Shown piece by piece: positions 18,637-29,447 of a stretch of 64,000 bases of DNA. Each line of letters starts with the position of its first letter. Position 1 is the stretch's first letter. A program made the translations under genes and the position numbers. Source of the DNA: Candidatus Latescibacterota bacterium (GTDB lineage: Bacteria; Latescibacterota; UBA2968; UBA8231); contig CBDAOB010000004.1 of the NCBI GenBank assembly GCA_965197905.1, positions 1,216,001 through 1,280,000 of the forward strand, read 5' to 3'. Under the pieces are notes generated by a model that saw only the letters and a program-made list of their open reading frames with translations, did not search any database and was not told where the DNA came from.

Positions 18637-19488
18637 TCATCCGGCGATCTCGAGGTTCGCCATTTCGTCGCAGCGGGCAGGATCCCTGAGCTTGCTGAGC
18701 GCCCGCTCTTTGAGCTGGCGCACGCGCTCGCGAGTGAGGTCTAGCGAAACGCCGATCTGCTCGAGCGTCATCGGCTCCTCTCCGTTCAGACCGTAGTAGG
18801 AGCTGATGATGTAACGCTCGCGATTGTCCAGACAAAACAGCGTGGATTCTATCTGTGTGCGGACCTCTACGGTCGCAACACCGGCGTCGGGAGCTGCTTG
18901 CGTCTCATCTACGAGCACGTCCATCAGGCTGCGATCGTCGTCCGCTTCGAAGATTTCGTCGAGCGAACAAACATCCCGACCCCGGTGAATCGTATCCATC
19001 ACATCCGCGGCCGACATATTCAGTTCCGCCGCAACCGCTTCGATATCGGGCGCGCCTTCTTGCCCCTGTCCCAATCGGTTGGACACCTTGGCGATCTCGT
19101 TGAGCAGGGATATCCGATTGGTCGGCAAACGTACTGTGCGCGACTGTTCGGCCAGGGTCTGGAGTATGGACTGGCGAATCCACCAAACGGCGTAGGAGAT
19201 GAATTTGAACCCCCTCGTCCCGTCGAACCGATCGGCGGCGGTCAGGAGACCGAGGTTGCCGGCACTTATGAGTTCGGGAAAGCTGAGACCTCTGCCCTGA
19301 TACCCTTTTGCCACGTCGACGACAAAACGCAGATTGGCGTTGACCAGCTCATCGCGCGCCGCGCCATCCCCCCTTTGGATTTTGGCGGAGAGCTCTACCT
19401 CGCGCTCCCGCGTAAGCGGTTTGGAATCGACGATATCATCGAAATATAGCCTGAGGGAATCCGCGTCGTTCTTTGAATGCTCTACCAA
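18637..19488 (-). CDS. RNA polymerase sigma factor, RpoD/RpoS-like without region 1.1
   Basis: ANLRFVVDVAK, GFKFISYAVWWIRQSI, region 4 TLEQIG...LTRERVRQLKERAL. Confidence 0.92.
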   Translation of the reverse strand: MVEHSKNDADSLRLYFDDIVDSKPLTREREVELSAKIQRGDGAARDELVNANLRFVVDVAKGYQGRGLSFPELISAGNLGLLTAADRFDGTRGFKFISYAVWWIRQSILQTLAEQSRTVRLPTNRISLLNEIAKVSNRLGQGQEGAPDIEAVAAELNMSAADVMDTIHRGRDVCSLDEIFEADDDRSLMDVLVDETQAAPDAGVATVEVRTQIESTLFCLDNRERYIISSYYGLNGEEPMTLEQIGVSLDLTRERVRQLKERALSKLRDPARCDEMANLEIAG

Positions 19489-19586
19489 AGAGACCGTCCT
19501 GTGGAATGATGGTGGCGCCTACGTCGGCCGTGGGACCGACGAGTTTAATATTCACAACGTCCAACGGGCGATAATGGTTCCGCAGG

Positions 19587-19928
19587 TCATTCTCGAGGAT
19601 TCTCCTCTGAGGGGGTTGGGTCGATCGCGTCTCCCGCCCAGCAGAAAGCGGCCACGGTAGAAGGCAGACCCAGGGTTCCGGCAGCGAGAGCCACGACCTG
19701 TTCAACCTCCTCAGCGCTTATGCCCAGTCCCAACGCCTTGCGCACGCTGGAGTGTACCGCCCCTTCGCGCATGGCGCCGATGGCAATACCCAGCTTCACC
19801 AGGCGGCACGTGCGATCGTCGAGAGGACCGTCGTGGCCGGCGGCGGCAATGGAGTTCCACGCTTCCCCGAGTTTTGGATAGCGGGCGACGAATTCGTTAT
19901 ACGCTTTGGGCGGTTTGGGTGCAGTCAT
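19587..19928 (-). CDS. Carboxymuconolactone decarboxylase family protein
   Basis: GPLDDRTCRLVKLGIAIG, VHSSVRKALGLG, GTLGLP. Confidence 0.8.
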   Translation of the reverse strand: MTAPKPPKAYNEFVARYPKLGEAWNSIAAAGHDGPLDDRTCRLVKLGIAIGAMREGAVHSSVRKALGLGISAEEVEQVVALAAGTLGLPSTVAAFCWAGDAIDPTPSEENPRE

Positions 19929-20024
19929 GGGGTAAGACTCCTGTAGCGTTGTGGTTAACGTCTTGCGGTGGCTCGGATCGGCCCGTCCTCCCTGCAAAAA
20001 CTGTCGACGCGATCAGAACCCGGT

Positions 20025-22895
20025 TCACTTCTCGATCAAGCTGTGGATGCTGGCCACCGTGGCAGGCGACCATCCGGAGTGAACTTCGGCAATCCGGCCG
20101 TTCCGATCGATTATGTACGACACCGGAATGAATATTTCGTCGCCGGAGAACAGGTATGCGAAAATGCTCCGGTCGGTAGTGAAGATGGGATAGGTAATCT
20201 TCATTCGTTTTAGGAAACCGGGAATCCGCTCTCGTTGTTCGTCCATGTCGAGGCTGACTCCGAGCAGTTCGACGCCGGAGTCCCCAAGCAACGGTGCCAG
20301 CTTTTGCAGCTGGGGCATCTCCTCGCGGCATGGGGCGCAGTAGGTCGCCCAGAGATTGACCAGATATCTGCGATCTGCGCGCCGAAAACTGTGGAAATCG
20401 GTGTCGCTTCCCGTTGCGTCGACCAGGGGAATATTGGGGAAAATCTCGCCCGGCCCGAACCTCAGTGCCCGTAGAATCGGATCTTCCGCCGCCATGGGAT
20501 CGGGGAGCGTAAACCGGTGCTCTTCCCGGGCAAGGTAGCCCGCTTCGCCTTCCACCAGCAGGATGGAAGATTGCGCCGCGATATTGGTCAGGCGTCGTCG
20601 TTTGCCAGAGGGCCACTTTACCTCGATCCACTCCGCCTCCACGTCCGCGCCCAACCCGAACAGCAGGCGCGGATCGCTCTGTGAAACGAAACCACTACCC
20701 CCTGCTTTGATCTTGGTGAGCACCCCCTGCGAAGTCTTGACCCGCACCTCGGTACCGTAGGCATCGCGCCCGCTCTCCCTCCCGTCCAGGGAGACACGTA
20801 GAAACGCTGCATCCTGACCCACGTTGTTTCTGAAGAGGTGGTGTATCTGCCCCTGCAACGTGGTGAGGAAGATGTCGTAATCCCCGTCATTGTCGAAGTC
20901 GGCATAAGCGGCGCCCCGTCCATCCGTAACCGAATCCAGACCGGAAAGTCCGGAGATATCCACAAAACGCTTTCCCGAATCGTTGAGATAGAGCTTGTCG
21001 CGTTCGAATCCGCTGAACGAAAACCCCTCCTGAAAGATCTTGCCCATATGATCGTTCTGGTAGAGGTCGTTGCCTGCGGCCTCCATGCCTACCGTAGACG
21101 CCAGCACGTGGCGCCAAAAGAGGCTTCAGGTGTCCCTTAGGGATTTGCCGGAGATAAATCCGTTGGGGGCATGGAGATCCTCCCAACCGTCGTTGTCCAC
21201 GTCGATGAAACCACCCCCGAAAGCCCAGCCGGCACCCAATCCCCCGACCTCCTGGCTCACGTCGGCGAACCGCCCCCCTCCAAGGTTCCTGAAGAGGGTG
21301 TTGCCGGCGGCCAGCTTGAAAAGCACCCGGGTATCGGTCAACTGATCTGGCTGCTGGGGAAACAACCTCTTGAGGATCCGTCGACCGGCCGTGGAGGACA
21401 TGTTGGTGACGTGCAGATCGAGGCGACCGTCGTTGTCAAAATCTCCCATGGAAACGCCCATCCCATTTCCCGGATCGAGCAACTTGCGTTCAGAAGCGGC
21501 ATCGAGGAATCGGTTTCCCTGGTTGAGGAACAATCCGTTTTCACCGAAATCATTGGCGACGTAGAGATCCATTCGACCGTCATCGTTCAGGTCGCCGAAT
21601 TGAGCGGCGTAACTCCAGCGCCCGTCGGCGACGCCCCAGGCAGCGCCGCGTTCTTGAAATCTGCCGTCGCCCTGATTCACAAATAGTAGGTTGGGGGTAC
21701 CGTTCGTCGCGCGCGCCCAGGAATCGGGCATGATGACGCCGTAACGATTGTAGGAGGCGACATAGATATCCGGCAGACCATCGTTGTTGACGTCGCTGGA
21801 GACCGCGCTGAACCCCTGGGCGGCATGGTCGACTCCCGCTTCCACAGAGATGTCGATGAACTCCAGGTTGCCGTCCGGGACCAACCGATTCTCGAACAGC
21901 ATCTGAAAACCGGTGGCGGCCAGGAACAGATCGCTGTCTCCATCGTTGTCGAAGTCGAGAAAAAGCGGCGCCGTTGCCGTGGGTGTAATCTCCACGGCGG
22001 TTTCAGCGGCCACTTCCCGGAAGATGCCGTCCCCGCTGTTGATGTAAAGAAAATTGCGCCCGACGCCGGTAGTGAAAACGTCCAACAACCCGTCCCGGTC
22101 CACGTCGACGACGGCAACCCCGTGGGCGACGAACTCTTGGTTGCCGGGCTGGCCGAAACGGGGGACCGAATGGTACACGCCGGCGGAAGAGCTGACCTCA
22201 CTGAAGAGATCGACGCTCGCCGAGCTCAGATGCAGCTCCTTTATCTCGAATAGATCGATACGCCAAACCCCGTTGTCATCGACGGTGGCCTCGATCTTGG
22301 CTTTGGCCTGCAACCAGACCCTGAGTCCTTCCTCGCTGCGACCGACCACGAAGAAGAATATCCGTGCAAAGGCGCGCTCGTTTTCTCCACCCGCATCCGC
22401 CTCAAAATGGGCCTGTTTGACCTTGAACCGAACATCCTCGATGGAGCTGAAGCGGTCTAGAAAGCTCGACCACTCCTGCACAAACGCCGCCTTGTCCAAT
22501 CCTGTCCGGAGCGGAAGCGCGGGCTCGTCGCGGATCCATTTGATCGCGCCGACGGGGGCTGCGGTTTCGGGTATGCTCGTGGCGCGAAGATTCTCGGAAA
22601 AATGCGTGGCCAAGCTGTCCACCTCGCGTGAGAGTAGGAATGTGGACAGACGATGCAGCTGGTTGGCCAGGGATTCGGAAAGATCCTCGATCCGCTCCAT
22701 CCGCGGGCGATCGACCGTCGTCGCCGCGTCCGAGCGATCAACCCCCACGCAGGCGAGGGTCAGCACGGTCAAAAAAAACGCCGCGATCACTAGTTTTCCA
22801 AGAGCTTTCGGGCTACCGGCTTGAAATCGGCCCGTTGGGCGGTGTTCGACGGCAGGGTACGGGAAGGGTTGGGAATTCGTGCCATGGTTGGTCAA
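20025..22895 (-). CDS. FG-GAP/CRTAC1 + ASPIC/UnbV + TlpA-like thioredoxin fusion, putative selenoprotein (TGA at 21128-21126)
   Basis: ORFs 21126..22895 (DxDxDGxxD repeats) and 20025..21107 (ASPIC/UnbV; WATYCAPC) share a frame and are separated only by a TGA (...SLRDT-U-SLFWRHV...). Hairpin 10 nt downstream. Confidence 0.75.
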
Positions 22896-22955
22896 AGTAG
22901 GAGTGATGACACTGGAAATCTACGCGGTTTGCTGACCGTCTACAATTCAGCGGCG

Positions 22956-24035
22956 CTACCTGTCACTCGGCAGACACGGATTCGCGTTCTGCGTCAGGAA
23001 AACCAGCAGGAGGGCCCCAACAAAAATTGCGATTGCAGTTCCCTGGTGGAGAGAGGCTATCGCGGGAGGAACGTGATGAACCACCACGGCAATGCCGAGA
23101 GCCGCTTGCACCGCCATGAGCAGCAGAACGACAGCGCTGGAGAGGCGCAGGATTTGGGCCGGCTCCGGGCCGCGAAGTCGCATCCACAGAACCACCGCCA
23201 GAACCAACGGCACCAAGGCGAACCAGCGATGCTGGAAATGCAGGGTAACGGGATTCTCGAACAGGTTCAGCCAACCCGGCGTCGATGTTCCCAGGCCAGA
23301 TGGAATCCATTGTCCGAACATCTTCGGATAGGTTGCCGAGATGAAGCCGGCCTTCAGACCCGCAACCAGGCCACCGGCGGCGATCTGAACGCTGACCGCG
23401 ATCCACAGTCCGAAAGCAACCCCTCGCGCGGCCGAGCCGGCGATGTCGATTCGTCGTGGCAGCGAGTTTTCGAACGCCAACCACAATACCGCCGCAAGGA
23501 GCGCCAGCGCGCATCCCAGGTGCACTACGAGGCGGTAATGACTCACCTGCGGCCGGTCTTCCAGTCCGCTCTTGACCATCAACCAGCCAACCAAACCCTG
23601 GACGGCAAACAACAGTCCGATGCCGAGATAAGCCCATATTCGGCCCCTGGGTATCGCCCTCCGAAGGAGCAGAAGTACCAACGGCGCCACGTATGCCAGT
23701 CCGGTGACGCGGCCAAGCAGCCGGTGAGTGAACTCCCGGTAGTAGATCTCCTTGAACGCCGGCAGAGAAATTCCCCGGTTAACTTTTTTGTATTCGGGAG
23801 TTTTTCGGTATTTGGTGAACTCCTCCTGCCATTCCGCGTCACCTAGCGGCGGCAACACACCCGTTACCACGTTCCACTCTACGATCGACAATCCCGATCG
23901 CGTCAACCGAACCCAGCCACCGTAGACAATCAGGAGGATGATCAGCAGGCTCACCGCATAAAGCCAAAGTGCTATCCGTGGAATAACTGCAGCGGGCGGT
24001 GGGATTGCGACCCGGGTTTGATCTACAGCCGGCAT
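22956..24035 (-). CDS. ctaA: Heme A synthase (COX15/CtaA)
   Basis: GGWVRLTRSGLSIVEW, EFTHRLLGR, VSHYRLVVH, FQHRW, LHQ. Confidence 0.92.
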   Translation of the reverse strand: MPAVDQTRVAIPPPAAVIPRIALWLYAVSLLIILLIVYGGWVRLTRSGLSIVEWNVVTGVLPPLGDAEWQEEFTKYRKTPEYKKVNRGISLPAFKEIYYREFTHRLLGRVTGLAYVAPLVLLLLRRAIPRGRIWAYLGIGLLFAVQGLVGWLMVKSGLEDRPQVSHYRLVVHLGCALALLAAVLWLAFENSLPRRIDIAGSAARGVAFGLWIAVSVQIAAGGLVAGLKAGFISATYPKMFGQWIPSGLGTSTPGWLNLFENPVTLHFQHRWFALVPLVLAVVLWMRLRGPEPAQILRLSSAVVLLLMAVQAALGIAVVVHHVPPAIASLHQGTAIAIFVGALLLVFLTQNANPCLPSDR

Positions 24036-24047
24036 GTCACCCGAAGC

Positions 24048-24896
24048 TCAAGCCGGGAATTCGGACAACCGCAGCTTCATCCAGAATTTGAAGGGGTCCC
24101 CCATGCCGCTGCCGCCGGGCCGTGCACTGCGGTCTCCACCCCCTGGCCCACGGCCACCGAAACCGCCACCGCGTCCTCCACCGAGACGGCCACCCCTACC
24201 GAACCCACCACCACCGAAACCACCCCTTTCCCGTCCACGCGCCCGGTCGAATTCTACCGTCTCAAAACCCAACCCAACCTCGTCTCCGGGATAGACACCC
24301 AGGGCGTACGGCGCCTTGGGGCCGTGGATAAGCGGTATGCGCAGCTCGTAGACCAGCCGTCCGGCGGAGTAGCTGGCACGCAAGAGAAGATCACCAGCGG
24401 CAGCTCTCGGCATGCGGCGGCCGTACTCCTCACCGCGGCTGTAGATTTCCATCTCCCCCGTCTCCAGGGTCTCTTGAATCATCGCTGCCATGCGCTCCGC
24501 ATCGGGCGCACCAGCTTCTGAACCTCGCCGACCCCTTTCGCCTCCCCGGTTCACGTCACCAACAGGGAAACGTACCCCCAACTCCTTGTGCTTCTTGCCT
24601 GCGGGATCGAACCAGACGGTGAAACCCATGCGGATCATCTGCATCTGAAGGGTCCGGTCATTCGATCCCAGAACGAGATACAGATAGTTCTCATCGTTGA
24701 AGATTCCGAAGTCGACGTGCGCCCGTTCGATATTCAGCTTGGCGCCCTGCCAATCGGCATCCGCGCCGTCGATGACGATTTCCCGATCGAGCCATTTGCT
24801 GTCGACCCTGGCGGTACAGCCGCTAGTAGCGACGAGCAACAAGGAAGCAGCGAGCCGAATCCCGGCGAGGCGTTTTCGGTGTGTCAGTGCATGCAC
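24048..24896 (-). CDS. Hypothetical lipoprotein with Gly/Arg-rich segments
   Basis: Lipobox TSGC, IDGADADW, RGG/GGF low-complexity C-terminal region. Confidence 0.7.
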   Translation of the reverse strand: MHALTHRKRLAGIRLAASLLLVATSGCTARVDSKWLDREIVIDGADADWQGAKLNIERAHVDFGIFNDENYLYLVLGSNDRTLQMQMIRMGFTVWFDPAGKKHKELGVRFPVGDVNRGGERGRRGSEAGAPDAERMAAMIQETLETGEMEIYSRGEEYGRRMPRAAAGDLLLRASYSAGRLVYELRIPLIHGPKAPYALGVYPGDEVGLGFETVEFDRARGRERGGFGGGGFGRGGRLGGGRGGGFGGRGPGGGDRSARPGGSGMGDPFKFWMKLRLSEFPA

Positions 24897-24906
24897 GGCG
24901 GTCTCC

Positions 24907-27489
24907 TCAGCGCAACAACATCAGCTTGGAGCTACTCTGCCGTCCGCGACTACGCAAAACCGCTACGTAGATGCCGCTGGCCACGTCGTCGCCGTGGTCG
25001 TCGGTACCATCCCAGGTGACCGCATAACTTCCGGCTGCTCGGAGATCGTTTTCCAGAGCACGTACTTGCTGTCCCATGGCGTTGAACACCTGCAATCTCA
25101 CCTCGACGGGAGCCGCCTGCGACGGGTCGACGGTGTAGCGAATGAGCGTCTGGGCGTTAAACGGGTTCGAATAGCTCGGCAGCAGGGTAAACGCCGACGG
25201 TAAAACCGTACTGACTTCACCAATAGCGGTCGCAACGGGTGGATTGACGATGGCGATGGCGATGCCGCGCGGGGTGCCCGCTGCCGAATACACCTCCAGA
25301 ACGTCATCGCTTTGCGCGTCCAGTACGAAGATCTCGTTCGACGCGGCATTGGTCACAAAGATGCGGTCGCCCCTTGGCGAGATCGTGATGTCGCGCGGGT
25401 TGGATCCGATCTGGATCGTTTTTGCCACCTCGTTTCGCCGCGCGTCCAGGACGATCAGAATCCCCTCCTCGTTGGCCGTGAGGTAGACCTTGCGTCCGTC
25501 CGGACTGGGTTCGACGGCAAACACCGCCGCCACCGGCAGGGTCACCGTGGCGACGATCTCGTTTTCCGGAATGCCTATGATGGTCAGTTCACCGACACTC
25601 AGGCTGGTGACGTACAGCCGCGTGCCGTCGGGGCTGACGGCCAGCGAACGCGGTACATCGGGAACGTCGATGCGCTGCAGCTCGCGACCGGTGCCGTCGA
25701 CGACAACGACTTGGGCACGTCCGATATCGGTGACGTAGACGTTCGAGCCGGTGCCCGCCGCGGCGATTCCGTAAGGTCCCCGCCCTATCTGATTGAGGGA
25801 CAGACCTCGGGCGGCGTGGGTGGCAACATCAATAGCGGTAATCGAAGCGGCCCCGGAGTTGGAGACATAGATGGTACGACCGTCGCCGGAAAGCGACATG
25901 TCCAGCGGTTGCAAAGCCACGTCGATGCGATCCAACAGGCGAAAGGTGTTGGTCTCCAACACCGCGATTTCGTTGGAACCGAGGGTCGATACGAACAGCT
26001 TCAGTCCATCGCGGCTCAGCAACACCTGGATCGGCTCGTCTCCCACCTCAACGCGGGCAAGTTGGCGCTGGTTACCGGTATCGATTATTTCGATCCGATC
26101 GTCATCTCGCAGGGCAACAAAAGCCAACGGACTGCCGCTCAAAGCCACCACCTCGAAATCGATAAACCCTGCTCCTTGGGGGAAGAAGGTGGTATTGCCC
26201 GCGTCATCAGCCGCGCTAATCTGGTAAGAAATCTCGGTACCGGTGGGTTGACCGGGAATGGCCGATTCGTAGACCCCTTGACCGATGGGCTGCATCGCGA
26301 TTTCCCGCAAGGCGCCGCCGCCTGCTCGGTACTTCATCAGAACCTCGCCGGCATCCTCCACCTCAACCCGTACGACGTACGGCCCCTGGGTATCCGGGGT
26401 GTTGGAAGGATGGATCACCGATGCCAGAAAGGGAAATCCGGGGCGCCGGAAACCGGTTATGAATTCGACCTTGGTGCGTCGCCGGCCGGGCGTGACCACA
26501 ATCGGCTGAGAAAGATCCTTGTTGTCCACGTTGCCGAAATATTCGGTCGGAAACCCGGTACTGAAGTTTCGAAATACGCCCCCGAAATTGGATTCGTTGA
26601 TCGAACCTTCGATCGGTTCGATGCGCACCACGTACTCACCGGGCGCGAGTCCGAAGATGGTAAACTCTCCCCTACCCGTTCCCGGAATTGCGCCGGTAAC
26701 GCTTCCAATGCGATCCCCGTTGGTAATGTTCTCCGCCACCACGTGCACCCCAAATTGGGGAGCGCCCTCGATATCCGTCACCTCGCCGGAAATGCTGCCG
26801 AAATCGAGCTGGGATGACCTGTCGGGATACAGGAATCCGGCTCCAGCGCGGTCATCTGCCTCGAGAGTGGCACCCGCTCCACGCACGGGACTGTAGAACG
26901 GAATCATGGTCGGGGTCGAGGCCGGCAGGTCGTTGAGCGGCGTGTGATCGAGGCCCAGAAGGTGGCCGATTTCGTGGATGGCGACATCCCCCAGGTCGAC
27001 GGTGTTGCTGGAGCCAGCCGTCGTGCCGAAGCGGAAATCGCGCCCGTTGAATACGATGTCAACGTCGGTTATTTCTCCGCTACGCGGCTTCGTCTCCACG
27101 AAAGCGGCGGCGATGATCCCGGAACCCCGAGGCGCTTGTAGCCAGCGGTTTGATTCGTCGAAGATGACCAGATTGTTACCGTCGGTCTCCGACGGGACCA
27201 GAACAGAGGTCAGACCCTGGTCGACGAAGCTGATATCGGCGATCGGTACTTCCTCCCACACCCGAAAGCTATCCCGCAAGATGCGGAACGCGGTTTCAGG
27301 AGGCAGATCGTCCGACCCGGCTTCGTGGATGACAAACGGGATGGCGCGGCCCGAATCCCAGACCTGCTGCACCGGTCCCCTGGGGCCGTTCACCGTTTGC
27401 ACGAGAAAAGCGTGAGCCAGCTCTACTCGCGCGAATGCCGCGACGCAGATCATCGCCGTGAGTGCAACGGACGATCTACGGGACATCAT
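24907..27489 (-). CDS. Secreted matrixin-family metalloprotease with YVTN beta-propeller and FlgD/T9SS-like C-terminal domain
   Basis: HEIGHLLGLDH plus Met-turn TMIP, SPDG YVTN-type repeats, NPFNAQT...WDGTD...ASGIY...KLMLLR. Confidence 0.85.
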   Translation of the reverse strand: MMSRRSSVALTAMICVAAFARVELAHAFLVQTVNGPRGPVQQVWDSGRAIPFVIHEAGSDDLPPETAFRILRDSFRVWEEVPIADISFVDQGLTSVLVPSETDGNNLVIFDESNRWLQAPRGSGIIAAAFVETKPRSGEITDVDIVFNGRDFRFGTTAGSSNTVDLGDVAIHEIGHLLGLDHTPLNDLPASTPTMIPFYSPVRGAGATLEADDRAGAGFLYPDRSSQLDFGSISGEVTDIEGAPQFGVHVVAENITNGDRIGSVTGAIPGTGRGEFTIFGLAPGEYVVRIEPIEGSINESNFGGVFRNFSTGFPTEYFGNVDNKDLSQPIVVTPGRRRTKVEFITGFRRPGFPFLASVIHPSNTPDTQGPYVVRVEVEDAGEVLMKYRAGGGALREIAMQPIGQGVYESAIPGQPTGTEISYQISAADDAGNTTFFPQGAGFIDFEVVALSGSPLAFVALRDDDRIEIIDTGNQRQLARVEVGDEPIQVLLSRDGLKLFVSTLGSNEIAVLETNTFRLLDRIDVALQPLDMSLSGDGRTIYVSNSGAASITAIDVATHAARGLSLNQIGRGPYGIAAAGTGSNVYVTDIGRAQVVVVDGTGRELQRIDVPDVPRSLAVSPDGTRLYVTSLSVGELTIIGIPENEIVATVTLPVAAVFAVEPSPDGRKVYLTANEEGILIVLDARRNEVAKTIQIGSNPRDITISPRGDRIFVTNAASNEIFVLDAQSDDVLEVYSAAGTPRGIAIAIVNPPVATAIGEVSTVLPSAFTLLPSYSNPFNAQTLIRYTVDPSQAAPVEVRLQVFNAMGQQVRALENDLRAAGSYAVTWDGTDDHGDDVASGIYVAVLRSRGRQSSSKLMLLR

Positions 27490-28042
27490 GCGTCCCCGTT
27501 TCGCCCAGAATCGATCGTACCTGACGCAGAAATCCGTCGAGGCTCCGGTCGGCCAACGGTCCTTCAATCGAGGTTTTCTTGGCGACACCTCCGCCGGGAA
27601 ACGAGATTCCGCTCAGATCCTGGAAAACCTGTGCCTGCTTTGAAAGACCATGGCGTTCGACACGAAATTTTCCCTGCGCCAGACCCAATGGCCAGGCACC
27701 GTAGCTGGGGTCTTCCTCGGTGAGGAACAACACCACCTCTTCACCGGGCACGAACGTGGGCATGCCCGCGACGTATAGCCGGCGACCGTTTGCCTCTCCG
27801 CCCGGCAGCCGCAAGACGACCTCTTCGGTCTCGACGCCTTTCACCACCTCTTCAACCGCGACTACAACGCGGGTGAAGAGGCCTCCCCGTACCACCTCGG
27901 TGGCACTGGCGGTACACCGACCGACCAATATGCGTTCGGATTGCAGCGCGAGTGATTCCAGATCATAGCGCCACACCGTCGTTCCAGAGACGACGCTGGC
28001 AGTCGTCAACAGGGCTACCAGGAAAGGAAGGAACATGCGCAT
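27476..28042 (-). CDS. Hypothetical secreted protein co-transcribed with the metalloprotease
   Basis: Signal peptide, LPGG...GMPTFVPGEEVVLFL...GLAQGKF; overlaps the protease start. Confidence 0.75.
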   Translation of the reverse strand: MRMFLPFLVALLTTASVVSGTTVWRYDLESLALQSERILVGRCTASATEVVRGGLFTRVVVAVEEVVKGVETEEVVLRLPGGEANGRRLYVAGMPTFVPGEEVVLFLTEEDPSYGAWPLGLAQGKFRVERHGLSKQAQVFQDLSGISFPGGGVAKKTSIEGPLADRSLDGFLRQVRSILGETGTHDVP

Positions 28043-28359
28043 GTTAGCTGTCTCGATCGGGGCTGCGGAAGCGGTGCAATTTGGCGCTCCATTAGATGCC
28101 AACGGGTGCAAAGACGTTTAAGACTGAATAGAGTTTCCACTGACTCGACTGCAACAGTGATGAGGCATGAGGCATGCTGGGTTAACCCCGCGGTTGCCCC
28201 CCAACCTGTTTGGAATCAGATTCAATATACCATTTGCAGGTACCCGTGATAGCTTGGACTCTACCCTGGAGCGCCACGTAGCCGGCGCCAGGCAAGCGAA
28301 AAAGCGACAGACTCCAGCAGACGAAAACCGGTGAAATCCGGATAGAAAGGTAAGAGACC

Positions 28360-29280
28360 ATGAGAAGGCGAATTCGCGAGATCCTCAGCTGGTACGGCAG
28401 CGACAATCCCGGCACCCTGACCAATCTGACTCGCATTCTGAATCACGGGAAGCTGGGAGGGAGCGGCCGTGTGGTCATTTTGCCCGTCGATCAGGGCGTG
28501 GAACATGGTCCGGGTCGCAGCTTTGCCCCGAATCCTCCCGCCTACGACCCGCGGTACCACTTCGAATTCGCCATCGAAGCCGGGTTGAACGCCTACGCGG
28601 CACCCCTTGGCTTTCTGGAGGCGGGGGCCAGGGATTACGCCGGCGAACTGCCGCTGATCCTGAAACTCAACAACCGGGAGAATCTGTTCGGTGAGAAGGA
28701 CCCCAACATGTCAGTCACCGGCTCCATCGAGGCGGCGCTGCGTTTGGGCTGCGTCGGCATTGGTTACACGGTCTATCCGGGGTCTGCCTTTCGCACCGAG
28801 ATGTATGAGAAATTGCAGGAGCTGGCCGAAGAGGCGAAATACAATGGGCTAGTCGTCGTGGTTTGGTCCTACCCGCGCGGCTCCGATCTAAGTAAAGAAG
28901 GTGAAACCGCGCTGGATGTTTCCGCTTACGCGGCCCAGATCGCCGCGCAGATGGGAGCCCATGTAATCAAGGTCAAGCCGCCCGGCGCGAACATCGAGCA
29001 GGAGGACGCCCGCAAGGTCTACGAGAAAGCCGGCGTGCCGTCCGAAACCCTGGCACAGCGGGTGGAACACGTAGTCCAGTCCGCTTTCAATGGGCGACGG
29101 GTCGTGATTTTCTCAGGAGGAGCCGCCAAAGGCGAAACGGAGATCTATGACGAGATCCGCGGCATTCGCGACGGTGGTGGATTTGGCTCGATCATCGGGC
29201 GCAATGCGTTTCAACGGGAACGAGCGGAAGCGCTGGAACTGCTGAAGAACGTCATTCAGATCTACGCCGGTAAGCAGTAG
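28360..29280 (+). CDS. fbaB: Class I fructose-bisphosphate aldolase (DhnA family)
   Basis: ILPVDQGVEHGP, WSYPRG, GAHVIKVK, SIIGRNAFQR. Confidence 0.9.
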   Translation: MRRRIREILSWYGSDNPGTLTNLTRILNHGKLGGSGRVVILPVDQGVEHGPGRSFAPNPPAYDPRYHFEFAIEAGLNAYAAPLGFLEAGARDYAGELPLILKLNNRENLFGEKDPNMSVTGSIEAALRLGCVGIGYTVYPGSAFRTEMYEKLQELAEEAKYNGLVVVVWSYPRGSDLSKEGETALDVSAYAAQIAAQMGAHVIKVKPPGANIEQEDARKVYEKAGVPSETLAQRVEHVVQSAFNGRRVVIFSGGAAKGETEIYDEIRGIRDGGGFGSIIGRNAFQRERAEALELLKNVIQIYAGKQ

Positions 29281-29305
29281 CGTGCCAGCGCTACGGTGAA
29301 GCCCG

Positions 29306-29447
29306 CTAACCGGTGCGCGCCAAATACGGAAATATGATGCCGTAGCTGAGCAGTGTAATGAGCGCGATGCTCGGCAGTTGCAAAGGCCAAAAGCGGCCCC
29401 AACGGCAGACCCGCCCACTGTATGGAAGTACGGTTCAAGTCTGACAA
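29306..29447 (-). pseudogene. Possible remnant of a membrane transporter (N- and C-terminal ends only)
   Basis: MSDLNRTSIQWAGLPLGPLLAFA followed, in another frame, by SIALITLLSYGIIFPYLARTG*; both resemble ends of DASS/SLC13 transporters. Confidence 0.3.

Noticed and set aside
25312..26817. 501-aa plus-strand ORF
   Set aside because: Antisense to the metalloprotease; typical of GC-rich codon bias.
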